A stretch of DNA of 63,186 nt, the filler included, from Basidiobolus ranarum (taxonomy: Eukaryota): assembly GCA_040143965.1 (NCBI GenBank). It is 16 parts of 16 records of this genome, joined end to end, with 100 filler letters (N's around TTAATTAATTAA, not from the genome) between each part and the next. Parts side by side here need not be neighbours in the genome. Positions count along the whole stretch, not along the records: positions 43,574 to 47,422 come from JASJQH010009127.1; positions 47,523 to 51,366 come from JASJQH010009128.1; positions 51,467 to 55,308 come from JASJQH010009129.1; positions 55,409 to 59,248 come from JASJQH010009130.1; 12 more parts are not named here. One strand, given 5' to 3'. Shown here piece by piece: positions 44,874-59,160 of this stretch. Each line of letters begins with the position of its first letter. Position 1 is the first letter of the stretch. The notes below the pieces were generated by a model. That model was not told the DNA's origin, ran no database searches, and worked only from the letters and a program-made list of their open reading frames with translations. The position numbers and the translations under genes are program-made.

Positions 44874-47422
44874 TGATAAAAGTGTTTAGGGGATTTTGAA
44901 GTGTCTTGGACAAGATTTGGATTTGTGAATTAGACACTTAGGTTTTATTGAATTTAATAAGTCCTATTTATAGCTTACTATTGAAATAGGACTATTGGAT
45001 GTGCTTAGATCAGAATAAACATTCCTGTTAAGCATGGGTGAAAATTTGTGGTGATTTAGAGAAGTTTTGAGAAAATAGTGAAAATTGGTAAAAGTGATCT
45101 AGTTGATAGAAATATCAATTAGAGCAATGAACACACATTTTTGAATGACAGAATTGAGTGCTAAATAATCAGAATATGAATAAACAAACTACTAAATAAT
45201 GGGTTGTTATTTACCTAATTTCAACATTCCCACTCAACTAATTATTTTGTATTTCTCTTAAACCTAACTTATATCTTAATATTTCATATTGCACTTTAGC
45301 TAAAGGCTTGGTTAAGATATCAGCTATCATTTCTTAGGTAGGGCAATAGACAAGTTCAATTATATCATTCTCTGCAGCATTTCTAACAAAATGATGCCTA
45401 ATATCTATGTGTTTTGTTCTAACATGAAATATGGGGTTTTTAGCTAATGCAATACAACTTTGATTATCTTCAAACACAGTAATCACACATTTTTGCATAT
45501 ATCCTGAGTCTGTAAATAACTTACTAAACCACATAGCTTCTTGTGTAGCTACAGAAGCAGCCATATACTCTGCTTCTGTCATGGAAAGTACTATGGTAGG
45601 TTGCTTATGACTATTCCAAGTTATGGCTGCATTACCATAGACAAAAGCATACCCAGTTGCTGATCTTCTATCATCAAGGTTTCTTCCCCAGTCTGCATCA
45701 CTGTTACCTTCAAAATTTTGTGCATCAGGAGTGGCAGAGTATTCCAGAACTAGATCTACAGTTCCTCTCAAATACCTGAATATTTGTTTTACTGCAGCTT
45801 TGTGCTCAGATCATGGACGTTTGAGGTATTGGCTGACAGTTCCCACTGCCACAGCAATGTCTGTGTGTGTTCCAACCATTGTATACTTAAACAACCAACC
45901 ATGGACTGCTAAGGGAACTCCTGGCTTTCATTTGAGTCATTTTGGGCCAAATTGAATGAAATTTTAATCAACTTCAAATTGGGATCCATTGGTGTTGATG
46001 CAGGCTTGCTATTCACTATGTTGAAGCATTTTAGGATGTCTAGGATATATCCAGACTGTTTCAGCATGATTTTTGGGTTAGGTTTATCTATCTTGATTTG
46101 GATTCCAAGAAAATAACTTAATTCACCCATATCAGTCATCTGAAATTGGTTTGATAAGCCGCTTTTTTTCTGATTAAGTGCTTCTAGATCACATGTGGCT
46201 ATGATTAAGTCTTCCACATATAGTGCCAAGATAAGAATTCTATTTCCAGTTGTTTTAATGTTAATACTGTGATCTGCTGTGCATTTTTGGAATTCCAGAG
46301 ATTCCAAATAGTTATCTATCTTGTTGTACCATGCCCTGGTTGCTTGCTTGAGTAAATAGAGCAATTTTTGCAGTTTACGGACCATATCAGGATGTTTGGG
46401 GTTAACAAATCCGTCTAGTTATTCCATATAGATCTCTTCTTTTGGATTTCCATTCAGAAAGGCTGTTTTTACATTATTTGATTTAGATCAAGGTTATGGA
46501 TGGCTGAGAGTGCCAAGATTGATCTAATGGAGCTAAACTTAGCTACTGGAGCAAAGGTTTCATCCAAATCGACTCCTGGAGTCTGGGAATAGCCTTTGGC
46601 AACTAATCCTGCTTTTTACCTTTCAATGGTTCCATCAGCTTGGTTTTTGACTTTATAGACCCATTTGCAACCTATTAGCTTTCCCCCTGATGGAAAACGA
46701 CCTAAAACCCTTGTTTTATTGTCCTGAAGGGAAGAAAACTCATCTGACGTTGCTTTTTCCCACAATTTTGATTCTGGACTCTCCAGTGCGTCATCTAAAG
46801 TCTGTGGCTTGTCACAGAGTGCTGCATAAGCATATACATCATCATGGAAAGTGTTCCACCAGTTTCTGGGCATATTTCTCCTTTTGGATGATTTTCTAGG
46901 TCCTGAATCTTCCTTTGATGTAATTGGGACTGAAAATATGGTTGAACAGGGCTCAGATACAGCTGGAATTTTGTCAGACACTTTGTGAATAGTGCTGATT
47001 GTGCTTTCCAGATCAAGAACTTTGATTTGAGGTGAAAAATTTGCTTTTTCATCAACAATCACATCTCTGCACTTAATTCACTTCTGATTTTTGGCATCAA
47101 CAGGCTGTAGGCCTTTGATCCAACACAGTAACAAAGAAATATGCATCCACTGCTTTTGGGTTCCAATATTGAGCTTTTTTGAGACGGAATTAGGCAATGT
47201 GCTGTGCAACCAAAGATCCTGATATGATCTACACTTGGTTTTGATCCATATAGGGCTTCCAATGGAGTAGAATTTTGTAGCATTCTTGTTGGGCATCTGT
47301 TTTTGATATAGGCCGCAGTGGAGACAGATTCAGCCTAATATTGGTAATCTAACTTTTGAACATGTAACATTGATCTTGCCATCTCCACTATGGTCCTATT
47401 AGCACGTTCTGCAACTCCATTT
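44874..47422 (-). mobile_element. Ty1/copia family 1, integrase-RT-RNase H, PPT and 3' LTR (44874-45226); best-preserved copy
   Basis: NGVAERANRTIVEMAR, IGCKWVYKVK, SDADWG, EDNQSCIALAKNP, KHIDIRHHFVR. Confidence 0.95.
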
Positions 47423-47522
47423 NNNNNNNNNNNNNNNNNNNNNNNNNNNNNNNNNNNNNNNNNNNNTTAATTAATTAANNNNNNNNNNNNNNNNNNNNNN
47501 NNNNNNNNNNNNNNNNNNNNNN

Positions 47523-50147
47523 TTCAGATGGGTGAATATTTTATGAAAGCTAATATCATTGTTTGTATTGGTGACACCCCTGCCATCAGTAATGTTGGAG
47601 GTTTTTGCAGGCACAATGCACTATCTTGCTGTATATTTTGTCAAATCAATGGAGTTTACTCTATCAGGCATATGCATTACTACTATCCAAATACAACACT
47701 AAACTCCATAATTTTACCATCAAGAGACTGGTCATATTTCAACATGATCTTTGATATCAATTCACTAAATAGTCAGTCTAACATCAAACTTGATATTAGC
47801 CATAGGCCCAAGATCATATTGCTAAAGGGGATCAGCTGGAGTCAGAGCTTCCCATTAGTCACTATGCACTTACTATTCAACAACATTCCAATACTACTTA
47901 CTCAGCTATATAGTAGAAAATTTAATATGAATGAGCCATATGAGATAGGATGAAAGTTTGAGTTGATTGGAAAAATGCTTGAGAGCATCAAGATACCATC
48001 ATATTTTACCAGGACTCCCATTAATGTTCCCTTATCTAGCATTTATTCAAATGCAAGAACTGGAAATATTGGATTTGTATATATTCAAGTTGAACTTTGA
48101 AAAGATTGCTGCCTGATAAGTAGTGGCAACATTGGGAGTTGTTTCTTAGATTGTTAATATATTCTTATAACATCAACTCATGTCGGCAGATCTCAGGCAG
48201 ATACAGCATCTGTGCAAAGCTTTTGTAATTGGATATGAAGAACTTTATTACAGGTTTAAAGAAGATAGACTGAATCTATGCCAGCATTCAATACATTCCC
48301 TGCTGCATCTTTCATAATGCTAAGAGATTATAGGCCCTTGGTATACATTCTGGGAGTTCCCAATGGTGCACACCTGTGATGAAACAATGCTCCATGTGAA
48401 ATTGTGAGTATTACCATATGCTAATCTGACTAACAATGTATCAGCACAAACAGTGATGGATGTTATGTGATGGGTCAAGGAGACTCCAGAGTATGTTAAC
48501 CTTCCAATAAAGGGCTCTTTTCAATGTGCTCATCAGTTTTTGCATTGTTAGAGCACAATAGCAGCAAGAATGCCCAATCCATGGTCAAAGAGTAAGTACC
48601 TCTATAATTTGGACGAATTTGTTTGTGTAATAATCTGAAAGTATTTTAGGAAAGTTGCAAGACAGATTTCTTGAGAGATAGCTCAAGATACACAGTATTA
48701 TTGTTTTAACCATGGGGTAATCTATTCAAGCTTTAACATATCTACTTGTGGCAGGACATTTGTTGACTGTTAGTTGGGTATATATTGGCTGAATTCTTTA
48801 CACAAATTGGCCAAAATTCAAGAACTTATTCTCATTGTGAATGGTGACAAGAGTTAGCTATTTGCCAAGTGTCAGTGCTATTCAAAATTTCAGATGTGTA
48901 GCAATTTTTCCACCATTAGTTTGCTGGTAAAGCATATTGATATTGTTGGGTTATGTCTAATCAGTCAAGTATGTGCATATATAGAGACTAAACACAACAA
49001 AATTCTTGTAATTTTTGATTCTCATTATGGCTGGAATACAAAGCCTAAATTAACTAAATAAAGGCATGAATATTAATTCAAATTCCTACAGCAGTAAACC
49101 CAGCAATTTGCCATTTGAAATTTAGATATTTGAAAGAATTGCCAGATATTGAATAACACATGCCAAATTTCAGGATCAAAAATTTAACATGTATGTATAC
49201 CATCAAAATACTGTCAAGAAACTGCCATCACACCATCAAAAACCCTGGCAGAATGCAAGCCACTAATATTGTGATGGTTTTGCTATTTTGGAGGGTGGAT
49301 CCAATCCAGATCAAATTGATTTTATTTTTGTTAGGGCTTGCAGGCCAATAATTTAATTAACTTAAATCTTCCTCCTTCTGAATGGTATAAGAGTTATAAT
49401 ATTTTGACACTATCCAGCATATCAGGACATAAATCATCAATGCTTATAGATAGCTGGTTGGTGCCTTTGATTGTGGAATTTGAATGATAATCAAATAGCT
49501 TCAGATGAGTGAACATCTTTCAAAGCTATATCTTTGTATGAATTGGTGCCACTCCTGCCATCAGTTAACTTGGGGGTTTTTGTGCTCACAATGCAATATC
49601 TTGCTATAGAAATTATCAAATTAATGGAGTTAACTCTATCAGGCATACACATTACTGCTGTCCAAATACAATACTGAACTCCATGATTTTACCATCAAGA
49701 GCCCTGTCATATTTCAGCATGCTCACTGATATCAATTCAGCAAATAGTCAGTCAAACATCAAACTTGTGATTAGCTGTAAGCCTAAGATTATATTGCTCA
49801 AGGGGATCAGCTGGAGCCAGAGCTTCCCAATAGGCATATGCACTTACTATTCAACAACATTATACTACTACTGACTCAGTGGAAAATTCAACATGAATGA
49901 GCCATTTGAGATAGGAACAAAGTTTGAATCAGTTGGGAAAAGGCTTGGAAATGTCAAGATACAATCAAATTTTACTGGGACTCCCATCAATATACTTATC
50001 TAGGTGTTTATTCAAATGCAAAGACTGGAAGTATCGGATTTGTATATATTCAAGTGGAATCCTGAAAAGTTCTTGGCCTGATAAGTAGTGACTACATTAG
50101 GAGTTGCTTGTGGTTATTGTTAATATATTCATACAGCCTCAACTCAT
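47523..50147 (+). mobile_element. CMC transposase 3' two-thirds and right terminus (TTTGTTAGGG, 49336), followed by a second transposase fragment
   Basis: GDTPAISNVGGFCRHNALSCCIFCQING, MHLLFNNI, DUF4218-like HSLLHL...GP...WEFPM. Confidence 0.87.
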
Positions 50148-50594
50148 TGTAATGATTCTGATCTTGGCATAGATATCCACTGTGATTGGGACTCTTCTAC
50201 TATTAGAGTATGACATCACATCTGCTGTGCCATCCTTACTTGGCAATCTTATGCTAGTACAGCCAGGTTACCTTGTGAGAAAGTTATTTTCTTTGCAATA
50301 TTCATGAAACCTAACCAATCATGTCATCCCACAAAAATTATACTTCTGCCAAGACCTTCTATGCAAGGTCACCTGACAGCATTGCTACGCACTGGCTGAT
50401 TGACTTATTTCCACCTCAAGTTCATGTCTTTACCATTCCACAATTTCTATTTTATTACCCTTATTTGACTTACCCATATTTTCTATCCAATCATATCACA
50501 CCATTAGTATTATCCCTTATTATTTGAGATTTATCAGTATTAACTAACACTAGTCCCATTATTTTCTTGAAAAATTCTACAATATTCTGAAACA

Positions 50595-51366
50595 TTTTGA
50601 AATTAGATAAATAGCTACTCGTTATTTAGTAGTTAGTTTATTCATATTCTAATTATTTAGCACTCAAATCTGCCATTCAAAAACATGCATTTATTGCTCT
50701 AATTGATAGATATATCAATTACATCACTTCCAATCATTTTCACTATTTCCTCAAAACTTCTGCAAATCACCTCAAATTTTCACCCTTAGTTATGATATCC
50801 TAACAGAAATTTGAGGATTGTTATTGTAGGAAAACCATCACAATTTTAATCCATTTGGGATTGACCATTTACTTACCATCATAAAACTGTCAAGTTAGAT
50901 TTGATTTTAATCAATTTTTTAGTTTCGGAGTGAAATTTCAAGATCTTGCAAGATAGTTGTGCATGGTTGGCTAAAATCTCAGAGAATTATGGATCAACAC
51001 ATGTGCGAAAAACATAACTCAAATTTTGCACAATTACCACTTGAATGCTAATTTGTCATCTTTGAAATCCCTAGTCTCTTTGATATATTCTCCTGAATAT
51101 TTCTATAGACTTCTTCATACCCAAGGTTTAGCTCATACCCAACACAAGTGTGTGTCAATATCTCCATCAAAGCCCACCATTGTATTAATGTTGCTTAATC
51201 AACATTCTTTCAGCTATCTGGCAGATACCCTGCAATATTGTGCCACTCTACATTCAGTTCTTCCCAGATAACTGCATGGGCTACACCAGACTGAATGTCA
51301 AGTAAAATGTTCTTCATCTGACGCCACTTTCTGCATACTTGCACTGCGTTTTACCCTTCATACTTT
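50595..51366 (+). mobile_element. Partial copia-1 LTR (about 50595-50786) followed by a CMC left terminus (TCCTAACAGAAATTTGAGG at 50798)
   Basis: Matches 56071-56260 and the reverse complement of 36130-36700. Confidence 0.8.
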
Positions 51367-51603
51367 NNNNNNNNNNNNNNNNNNNNNNNNNNNNNNNNNN
51401 NNNNNNNNNNTTAATTAATTAANNNNNNNNNNNNNNNNNNNNNNNNNNNNNNNNNNNNNNNNNNNNCCAATCTACCTTGCCCTGCTGTCTCTGGTCATGC
51501 CGCTATCCTTAAAGATATCCATACACTATTAACATCCAAGTTGGAGCATGCCTAATCCCAATACAAGAACTTTGCTCATAAGAAAAGAAAGCCTAACCCC
51601 TTA

Positions 51604-53102
51604 TTCTTATTCTGAATATTTAGCACTCAATTCTATCATTCAAAAATGTGTGTTTATTGCTATAATTGATAGAAATATCAATTAGATCACTTTGACCAAT
51701 TTTCACTACTTTCTCAAAACTTTTCCAAATCTTCTCAAATTTTCACCCATGCTTAACAGGCATGTTTGTTATGATCTTAGCATGTCCTATAGTCCTATTC
51801 AATTTAATAAAACTTAAGAGTCTAATTCACAAATCAAAATCTTGTACAAAACACATCTAAATCTCCTAAACACTATTATCAATTCTGAAGGTCTTGTATC
51901 ATTACTGAGCAACCCTCTAACTGTTGACTTGTTGCTTTATAATGCTACACTAATTATCAACTTGCAGCATTACTGGCCTGAATAGCAACTTTGCAGTTTT
52001 TACTTATGATCGCAAACAAATATTCATGGTGTTCTGCCTGCAACTTCATTGCTGTAATAATACTATCAAAATTTCCTATGGTGGGTTGTCAAAAGTTGCC
52101 AAAGGAGCCATTTTGGAAGTTGATAGTCTACATGATGTTTCAGTTGAACTTTGCACAACCATCAAATTACTACTTAATTGGTGAATAAAATCTCATAACT
52201 TGCACTGTTGCTGAAAAGGAACACATCTGGTATGTAGATCAATGCTTCAGTATTACTTGAGTAAGTTTCAGGCATATTAATGCCTTCCAATGTGGATAGT
52301 GGGTAGCCAGACTGGTCATTAATCAAGTCCTCAGTTCTTGCTGGTTTTTTTCCTTTTGATGAGCAGGCTTTTGCTTGGAAGCCAATTTTGATTGAGATTC
52401 TTAATGCTTATTGACTGGCATTGAAAATTTCAGATGGTAAACTTGGTGCACTGAAATTGCTTAGAAACAGATTATATTATCCCAAAATTGCCATCCTTTA
52501 CCAGGACCATCTTGTAAATCCCTTGATGCATCATCTGTGACACTGTCTCAGAATCAGCTGATGATAGTGATGGTCTATACCTAAAGTTTGACCCTTACAT
52601 AGGAAGTGTTCTTTTTTCTAAAATTTCCTTCTCATGCCATAACACAGATATTTAAAGAAGCCCTGCTATTATTATCACAAATTCTTATGCTATACAAGCT
52701 GCAGGCTTCATAGAAGAAATAATTACAAGCATGATCACTGTCCACAGCTGCCAGCTGCACAAAGCCAAGTGAATATTCACTGTAAAAGGTGCACAAAATC
52801 AACTCTGGTTTTGCCTGCTGAGCTCACTGGCTATGCTTTGCCTCAAAACTTTGGTAACACTGCCAAAAGTTAAGATACTGTGGAGTTACCTCAGTGATAT
52901 GACCAGAATGATGTACGTAGAAATGTAGCTTTGTTCATACTAGTGAGTCCAGAGAAGTTTGAGGAAATGCTCCTAGATGTTAACCTTGGCAATTTCAATA
53001 CTAATGGTAGTATATCAGGAGTTGAAGAAAAAGAAAATGGTTTTGTTACAGATTCTTTGTTTTTGGCAAGCATTGGTCCACTTATAACTCTTTCTGTAAA
53101 GA
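51604..53102 (+). mobile_element. Partial copia-1 LTR (to 51881), then the central part of the CMC element (ORF2 5' part on minus, inter-ORF region, transposase 5' region on plus)
   Basis: Continuous reverse-complement match to 28145-29010 and to 44040-44160. Confidence 0.8.
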
Positions 53103-55308
53103 TGATAAAAGTGTTTAGGGGATTTGGAGGTGTTTTGGCCAAGATTTGATTTGTGAATTAGACACTTAAGTTATAATGAATTGAATATGACATATATATA
53201 GTTTACTAAGAAATAGGACTATAGGACATGCTCAGATCATAACGAACATGCCTGTTAAGCATGGGTGAAAATTTGAGGTAATTTGGAGAAGTTTTGAGAA
53301 AATAGTGAAAATTGGTCAAAGTGATCCAATTGATAATTCTATCAATTAGAGCAATAAACACACATTTTTGAATGACAGAAATGAGTGTAAATAATCAAAT
53401 ATGAATAAACTAACTACTAAATAATTAGTTGCTATTTACCCAATTTCATTATTCCCACTCAACTAATGATTTTGTATTACCCTTAACCCTAACTTGTATC
53501 TGGAAAATTCAAAATGTGCTTTAGCTAAAGGTTTGGTTAAGATATCAGCAATCATTTCTTCAGTAGGGCAATTGACAAGTTCAATGATATCAATCTTTAT
53601 TGCCTTCTAACAAAATGATGCCTAATATCTATATGTTTTGCTCTAGCATGAATTTTTGGGTTTTTAGCTAACAAAATACAACTTTGATTATCTTCAAATA
53701 CAGTAATAGCATGTTTTTGCATGTATCCTAAGCTGTGAGTACCTTTCTTAACCACATAGCTTCTTGTGTAGTAGCAGAAGCAGCCATATACTCTGCTTCT
53801 GTAGTGGAAAAGGGCTATGGTTGCTTGCTTCTATAGTTGAAAGTGCTATGGATGGTTGCTTCACACTATTCCAAGTTATGACTCCATAACCATAGAGAAA
53901 AGTGTACCTAGTTGTTGATCTTCTAGCATCAAGGTTTCTTCCCCAGTCTGCATCACTGTGGCCTTCAAAATTTTGTGCATCAGGAGTGGCAGAGTAAACC
54001 AGAATTAGATCTACAGTTCCTCTCAAATACCTGTATGTTCATTTTACTACAGTTTTGTGCTCCAATCCTGGATTTTTGAGACATTGGCTGACAGTTCCCA
54101 CTGCCACAGCATTGTCTGGGCATGTTCCAACCATTATATACATTAAAATACCCACCATGGATTGCTAAGAGAACTCCTGGCTTTGCTTTGAGTCAATTTT
54201 GGCCAAATCACCTGATATTTTAATTGATTTCTCATTAGGATCCATTTGTGTTGATACAGGATTGTTATTTTCCATGTTGAAGCGTTTTAGGATATCTAGA
54301 ATGTATCTAGACTGATTTAGCATGAATTTCTGATTGGTGTTATCTCTCTTGATTGGGATTCCATGAAAATAACTTAATTCACCCGTATCAGTCATCTGAA
54401 ATTGGTTTGGTAAGCTGCTTTTGTCTGATTAAGTGCTTCTATTTCATTTGTGGCTATGATTAAGTCATTCAAATATAGTGCCAAAATAAGGATCCTATTT
54501 CTGGTTGCTTTGATGTAAATACTGTGGTCTGCTGTGCACTTTTGGAATTCCAGAGATTCTAAATAGGTATCTATCTTGTTGTACCATGCTCTGGGTGCTT
54601 GCTTGAGTCCATACACCAATTTTTGCAGTTTACAGACCATGTCAGGATGTTTGGGTCTACCAATCCATCTGGTTGCTCCATATAGATCTCTTCTAGAGTT
54701 TCATTCAGAAAGGCTGTTTTTACTTCCATTTGATGTAGATCCAGGCTATGGATGGCTGAGAGTACCCATATGAATCCAATGGAGCTAAACGTAGCTACTG
54801 TAGCAAAGGTTTCATTAAAATCAATTCCTGGTGACTGGGAATAACCTTTTGCAACTAATCTTGCTTTGTACCTTCCTATGGTTCCATCAGCATAGTTTTT
54901 GACTTTGTAGACCCATTTGCAACCTATTGGCTTTTGCCTGATGGAAGAGGACTTAAGCCCACGTTTGATTGTCCTAAAGTGAAGAAAACTTGTATGACAT
55001 TGATTTTCCCCTAATTGTGATTGTGGACACTCCAGAGCTTGATCTAGAGTCTGTGGCTTGTCATCAAATGCTGCATAAGCATATACATTATCATTGAAGG
55101 TGTTCTACCAGTTTCCTAGCTTATTTTTTCTTCTGGATGATCTTCTGGGTCCTGAATCATTCTTTGTTATAAAGGTAACTGGAATTTTGGTTGAATAAGG
55201 CTCAGATACAGCTGGAATTTTGTCAGACACTTCCTGAATAGTGCTGATTGTGTTTTCTGGATCAAGAACTGTGATTTGAGGTGAAAAATTTGCTTTTTCA
55301 TCAAAAAT
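53103..55308 (-). mobile_element. Ty1/copia family 1, RT-RNase H, PPT and 3' LTR (53103-53451)
   Basis: YGLKQAPRAWY, LYLNDL, SDADWGRNLD; short local duplication at about 53795-53860. Confidence 0.93.
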
Positions 55309-55408
55309 NNNNNNNNNNNNNNNNNNNNNNNNNNNNNNNNNNNNNNNNNNNNTTAATTAATTAANNNNNNNNNNNNNNNNNNNNNNNNNNNNNNNNNNNN
55401 NNNNNNNN

Positions 55409-56422
55409 AATGTATACAATGGTTGGAACACATCCAGACATTGCTGTGGCAGTGAGAACTGTCAGCCAATATCTCTAAAATCCAGGATCTGAGCACAAAA
55501 TTGCAGTAAAAAAAATATTCAGGTATTTGAGAGGAACTATAGATCTAGTTCTGGAATACTCTGCAACTCCTGATGCACAAAATTTGAAGGTTATAGTGCT
55601 GCAGAATGGGGAAGAAACCTTGATCATAGAAGATCAACAACTGGATACACTTTTTTCTATGGTAATCGAGCCATAACTTGCAATAGTAAGAAGCAACCAA
55701 CTGTAGCACTTTCCGCTACAGAAGCAGAGTATATGGCTGCCTCTGCTACTACACAAGAAGCTATGTGGTTGAGGAAGTTATTTACAGACTTAGGACACAT
55801 GCGAAAACATGCTATTCCTCTGCTTGATGATAATCAAAGTTGTATTTTATTAGCTAAAAATCTTACATTTCATGCTAGAACAAAACATATAGATATCAGG
55901 CATCATTCTGTTAGAGAAGCAATAGAGAATTATATGATTGAACTTGTCTATTGCCCTACTGAAGAAATGATAGCTGATATCTTAACTAAACCTTTAGCTA
56001 AAGCACAATTTGAACTATTAAGATACAAGTTGGGTTTAAGAGAAATACAAAATAATCCATTGAGTGTGAATGTTGAAATTAGGTAAATAGCAACTCATTA
56101 TTTAGTAGTTAGCTTATTCATATTCTGATTATTTAGTACTCAATTCTGTTATTCAAAAACATGTGTTTTTTGCTCTAATTGACAGAAATATCATTTGGAT
56201 CACTTTTACCAATTTTCACTATTTTCTCAAAACTTCTCCAAATCACCTCAAATTTTCACCCATGCTTGACAGGCATGTTTATTATGATCTAAGCACATCC
56301 AATAGTCCTATTTCTTAGTAAACTATGAATAGGACTTATTCAATTCAATAAAACTTAAGTGTCTAATTCACAAATCCAAATCTTGTCCAAAACACTTCCA
56401 AATCCCCTAAACACTTTTATCA
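55409..56422 (+). mobile_element. Ty1/copia family 1, RNase H, PPT and complete 3' LTR (56071-56422, 352 bp, TGTTG...TATCA)
   Basis: ARTKHIDIRHH, EEMIADILTKPL; TGAGTGTGAA precedes TGTTGAAATT. Confidence 0.95.
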
Positions 56423-56639
56423 CTTATCACTATTCCCTATGGAAAAAAATGGGAATGAATACCAGAGGAAAATCAGAGAAAACACAAATATAGAGGCAAG
56501 AATACCAAAAGATGATGGGAGGAAAAAAAGAGAGGTAGAGAAAACAACAGAATCTTGTTGCAATACCAGCATAATCCCAGTATCAACCAGTAAGAAAATG
56601 GTATTAAATGCAAATCTAAATTTTTTTGTTAGGGTATTG

Positions 56640-58468
56640 ATTTTCACCAGGCTTGGTGCAGCAAGTGGCTTTGTACAGTGACCATACCTGTGATAATTTT
56701 TTTATCAAACCCAGGGTGGTATTTTTGGTAAGAAGCATCAATCAATTTACCAGATTTGTTCTTTTCTAGCAATAGTACAAGTGAAGAGATTACAATCACC
56801 CAATTACATAGTAGCACAATAGCTGGACAAAGTTCAACAGAAACACCATCAAAATCAACAACTTCCAAAATGCCTACTTTGCCAATTAGTGAACACCCTC
56901 CATTAACAATTTGGATAGAATCATTATAACAATCAAATCTCAGGCAGAATGCAGTAATGATTTGAATATGATCATAAGTAATAGTGAAGAAGATGCTGTA
57001 CAGGCCATCACAAGCAATAATGCCACAATATTGCAATTAATGCGGTGTTCTGAAACAGCTAGTTAACAGTTAGAGAGTCACTCAACAATGATACAAGACC
57101 TTCAGAAAGCTGTACTTGAGCTACATCAACATGTTGCTCCCTCAGTCCATTCATGGGACAATATAACATAACAGAACATATGTTCAATCCTGAAGCCTAC
57201 ACAACAACCCAAAATTGCTTGGGCATGTGAAAGTTGAAATCTCATTGAAAAACAAGCATACCAAAGGACTCTAATGTCAGAGCTGCTGTCACTTGCTCTC
57301 ATGATGAGTGGTTAACATTTTGGAAACCATGTGGAATCTTGCTCAAAATCACCTAATTTGGAGCCAATTGTGAAAAAGCCAAAACCAGGTATTTCTCTGA
57401 AGGTTCTCAACTTATTTCATGAAACATGTCAAAAATGCATGCAATTATTGACTTGAAAAAGAAAGAAAAGCAGGAAAAGAAGTACTCAAGAAGCAGTAAG
57501 TTAGTAAACCCAAGGGAAAAGCAAAGGTGCCAGTGAGATTAGGCTTTACTGTCCCACTTACCAAATTCTTCATACCTTTACAAAGATCTATATTTCCAGA
57601 GTCAGATATACTGCCTGATATATTGACAAAAAGGCTTAATTTTGCCATGCAACCAAGTACACCAGTTGAATGAGAGCTAAATTTGTAAGTTTATCCAACA
57701 CCTGGCATCTCTTGGCAAGCCAAAACATGAGCAAATAAAACTCACAGCTCTTTAATCTCATCTAGTAGTTTTCAAAGCATCAATACTAGCCCCAAACTTA
57801 AAGTGAAGCAAAAACCTACACAAACAATACAAAGCACCATCAGTAGTGTAAAACTACAAGGATATATAAATATAGTAAAAGTGCTTGAGAAGTATTTTAG
57901 AAAGTATGAAGGGATAAATGCTGTGGAGGTATGCAGAAAGTCACTTCAGAAGAAGAAAACTCAACTTGACATACAGTCTGGTGTTGACATGCAGATATTT
58001 AGAAAGAACTTAATAATAAGTGGCACAATCTTGCTAGGTGTCCTCCAGGTAGCTGGAGGAATGTTGATTCAGCAACATTAATAAAATGGTGGGCTTTGAT
58101 GCAGATATTGATACACGCTTGTGTTCAATAGAAGCTAAACCTTGGGTATAAAGACCAATATTCAAAAATTGAGGAGAATATGTCAAAGAAACTAGGAATT
58201 TCACAGGTGACATATTGACATTCTAGTGATAAATGGATAAAATTTGAGTTACATTCTTTGAACATGTAAAGATCTATTACCTACTGAGATTGAAGCCCAT
58301 CACATGAAACAATTTTGCAAGATCTTGAAATTTTGCTCCTGAAACCACACAAAATGATTAAAATCAAATCTAACCTGACATTTTTTGACAATAAGCAAGC
58401 AGTCAGTCCAAAATGTATCAAAATGGTGATGGTTTTCTGACAATAACAGTTCTCAAATTCTGTTAGAG
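56640..58468 (-). mobile_element. CMC element left arm: most of ORF2 (reads on +) and left terminus (TCTGTTAGAG)
   Basis: Links the ALINLP...YLDRII segment to the KPKGKAK...LGY segment and the terminus in one stretch. Confidence 0.82.
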
Positions 58469-58681
58469 ATTGTAGCTTGAAATCTATCAACTTCCACATA
58501 AAAAGTCCTTCAACTAGGTGCAGAAATAATAGTTGCACTAAGTTGAAGTTGGTCGGACTTCAGAAGAGCAGTTTTTTGTTGCCCAAAAGTCTCATCCCCT
58601 TCTTTGGGCTGATGTCCTGCTCTATGAAATAAGGAGTTGGGGTTTCCCTGCTAGCCTACTGGTCAATATGTAATCACATAA

Positions 58682-59160
58682 TCAAAGCTGGAAAAAATAA
58701 TTACCAGCTTGCTTTATAGAGGTTGAGAACTTTGGTTGTACCGAAGTACTGAAGATTCTCCTGATCATAATAAACTGTGATTTTGTGAACCTTCTTGAGT
58801 AAAAGATAACAGGGTGCAATAAGTTGTAATTACCATAGTGTGATTGTACTGCTCCTAGAGCAAAGTCATATGCATCAGTTTCAACAATGAATGGCTTGTC
58901 TAGTTTGGGGAGGGCCATGATTGGTGCCACAGTAAAAGCATTCTTTAATATTAAAAATACTTGTTGGCAAGATAGGTTTCACTCAATTGATAGTTCTTCC
59001 TTGGTAAGGTTTGTAAATTGAGCATATATTTATGGGTATTTCTTGACAGACAATTGGTAAAAATTTGCAAATACAAGAAAAGATTGCACATCCTTCACAT
59101 TCTTGGGAGTATCCCAAGATAGAACAGATTCAACCTTCTTGGGGTCAATAGGCCCAAATG
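58682..59160 (-). mobile_element. Ty3/gypsy RT-RNase H connection fragment
   Basis: DPKKVESVLSWDTPKNVKDVQSFL, AFTVAPIMALP, PFIVETDAYDFALGAV, HPVIFYSRRF. Confidence 0.9.
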
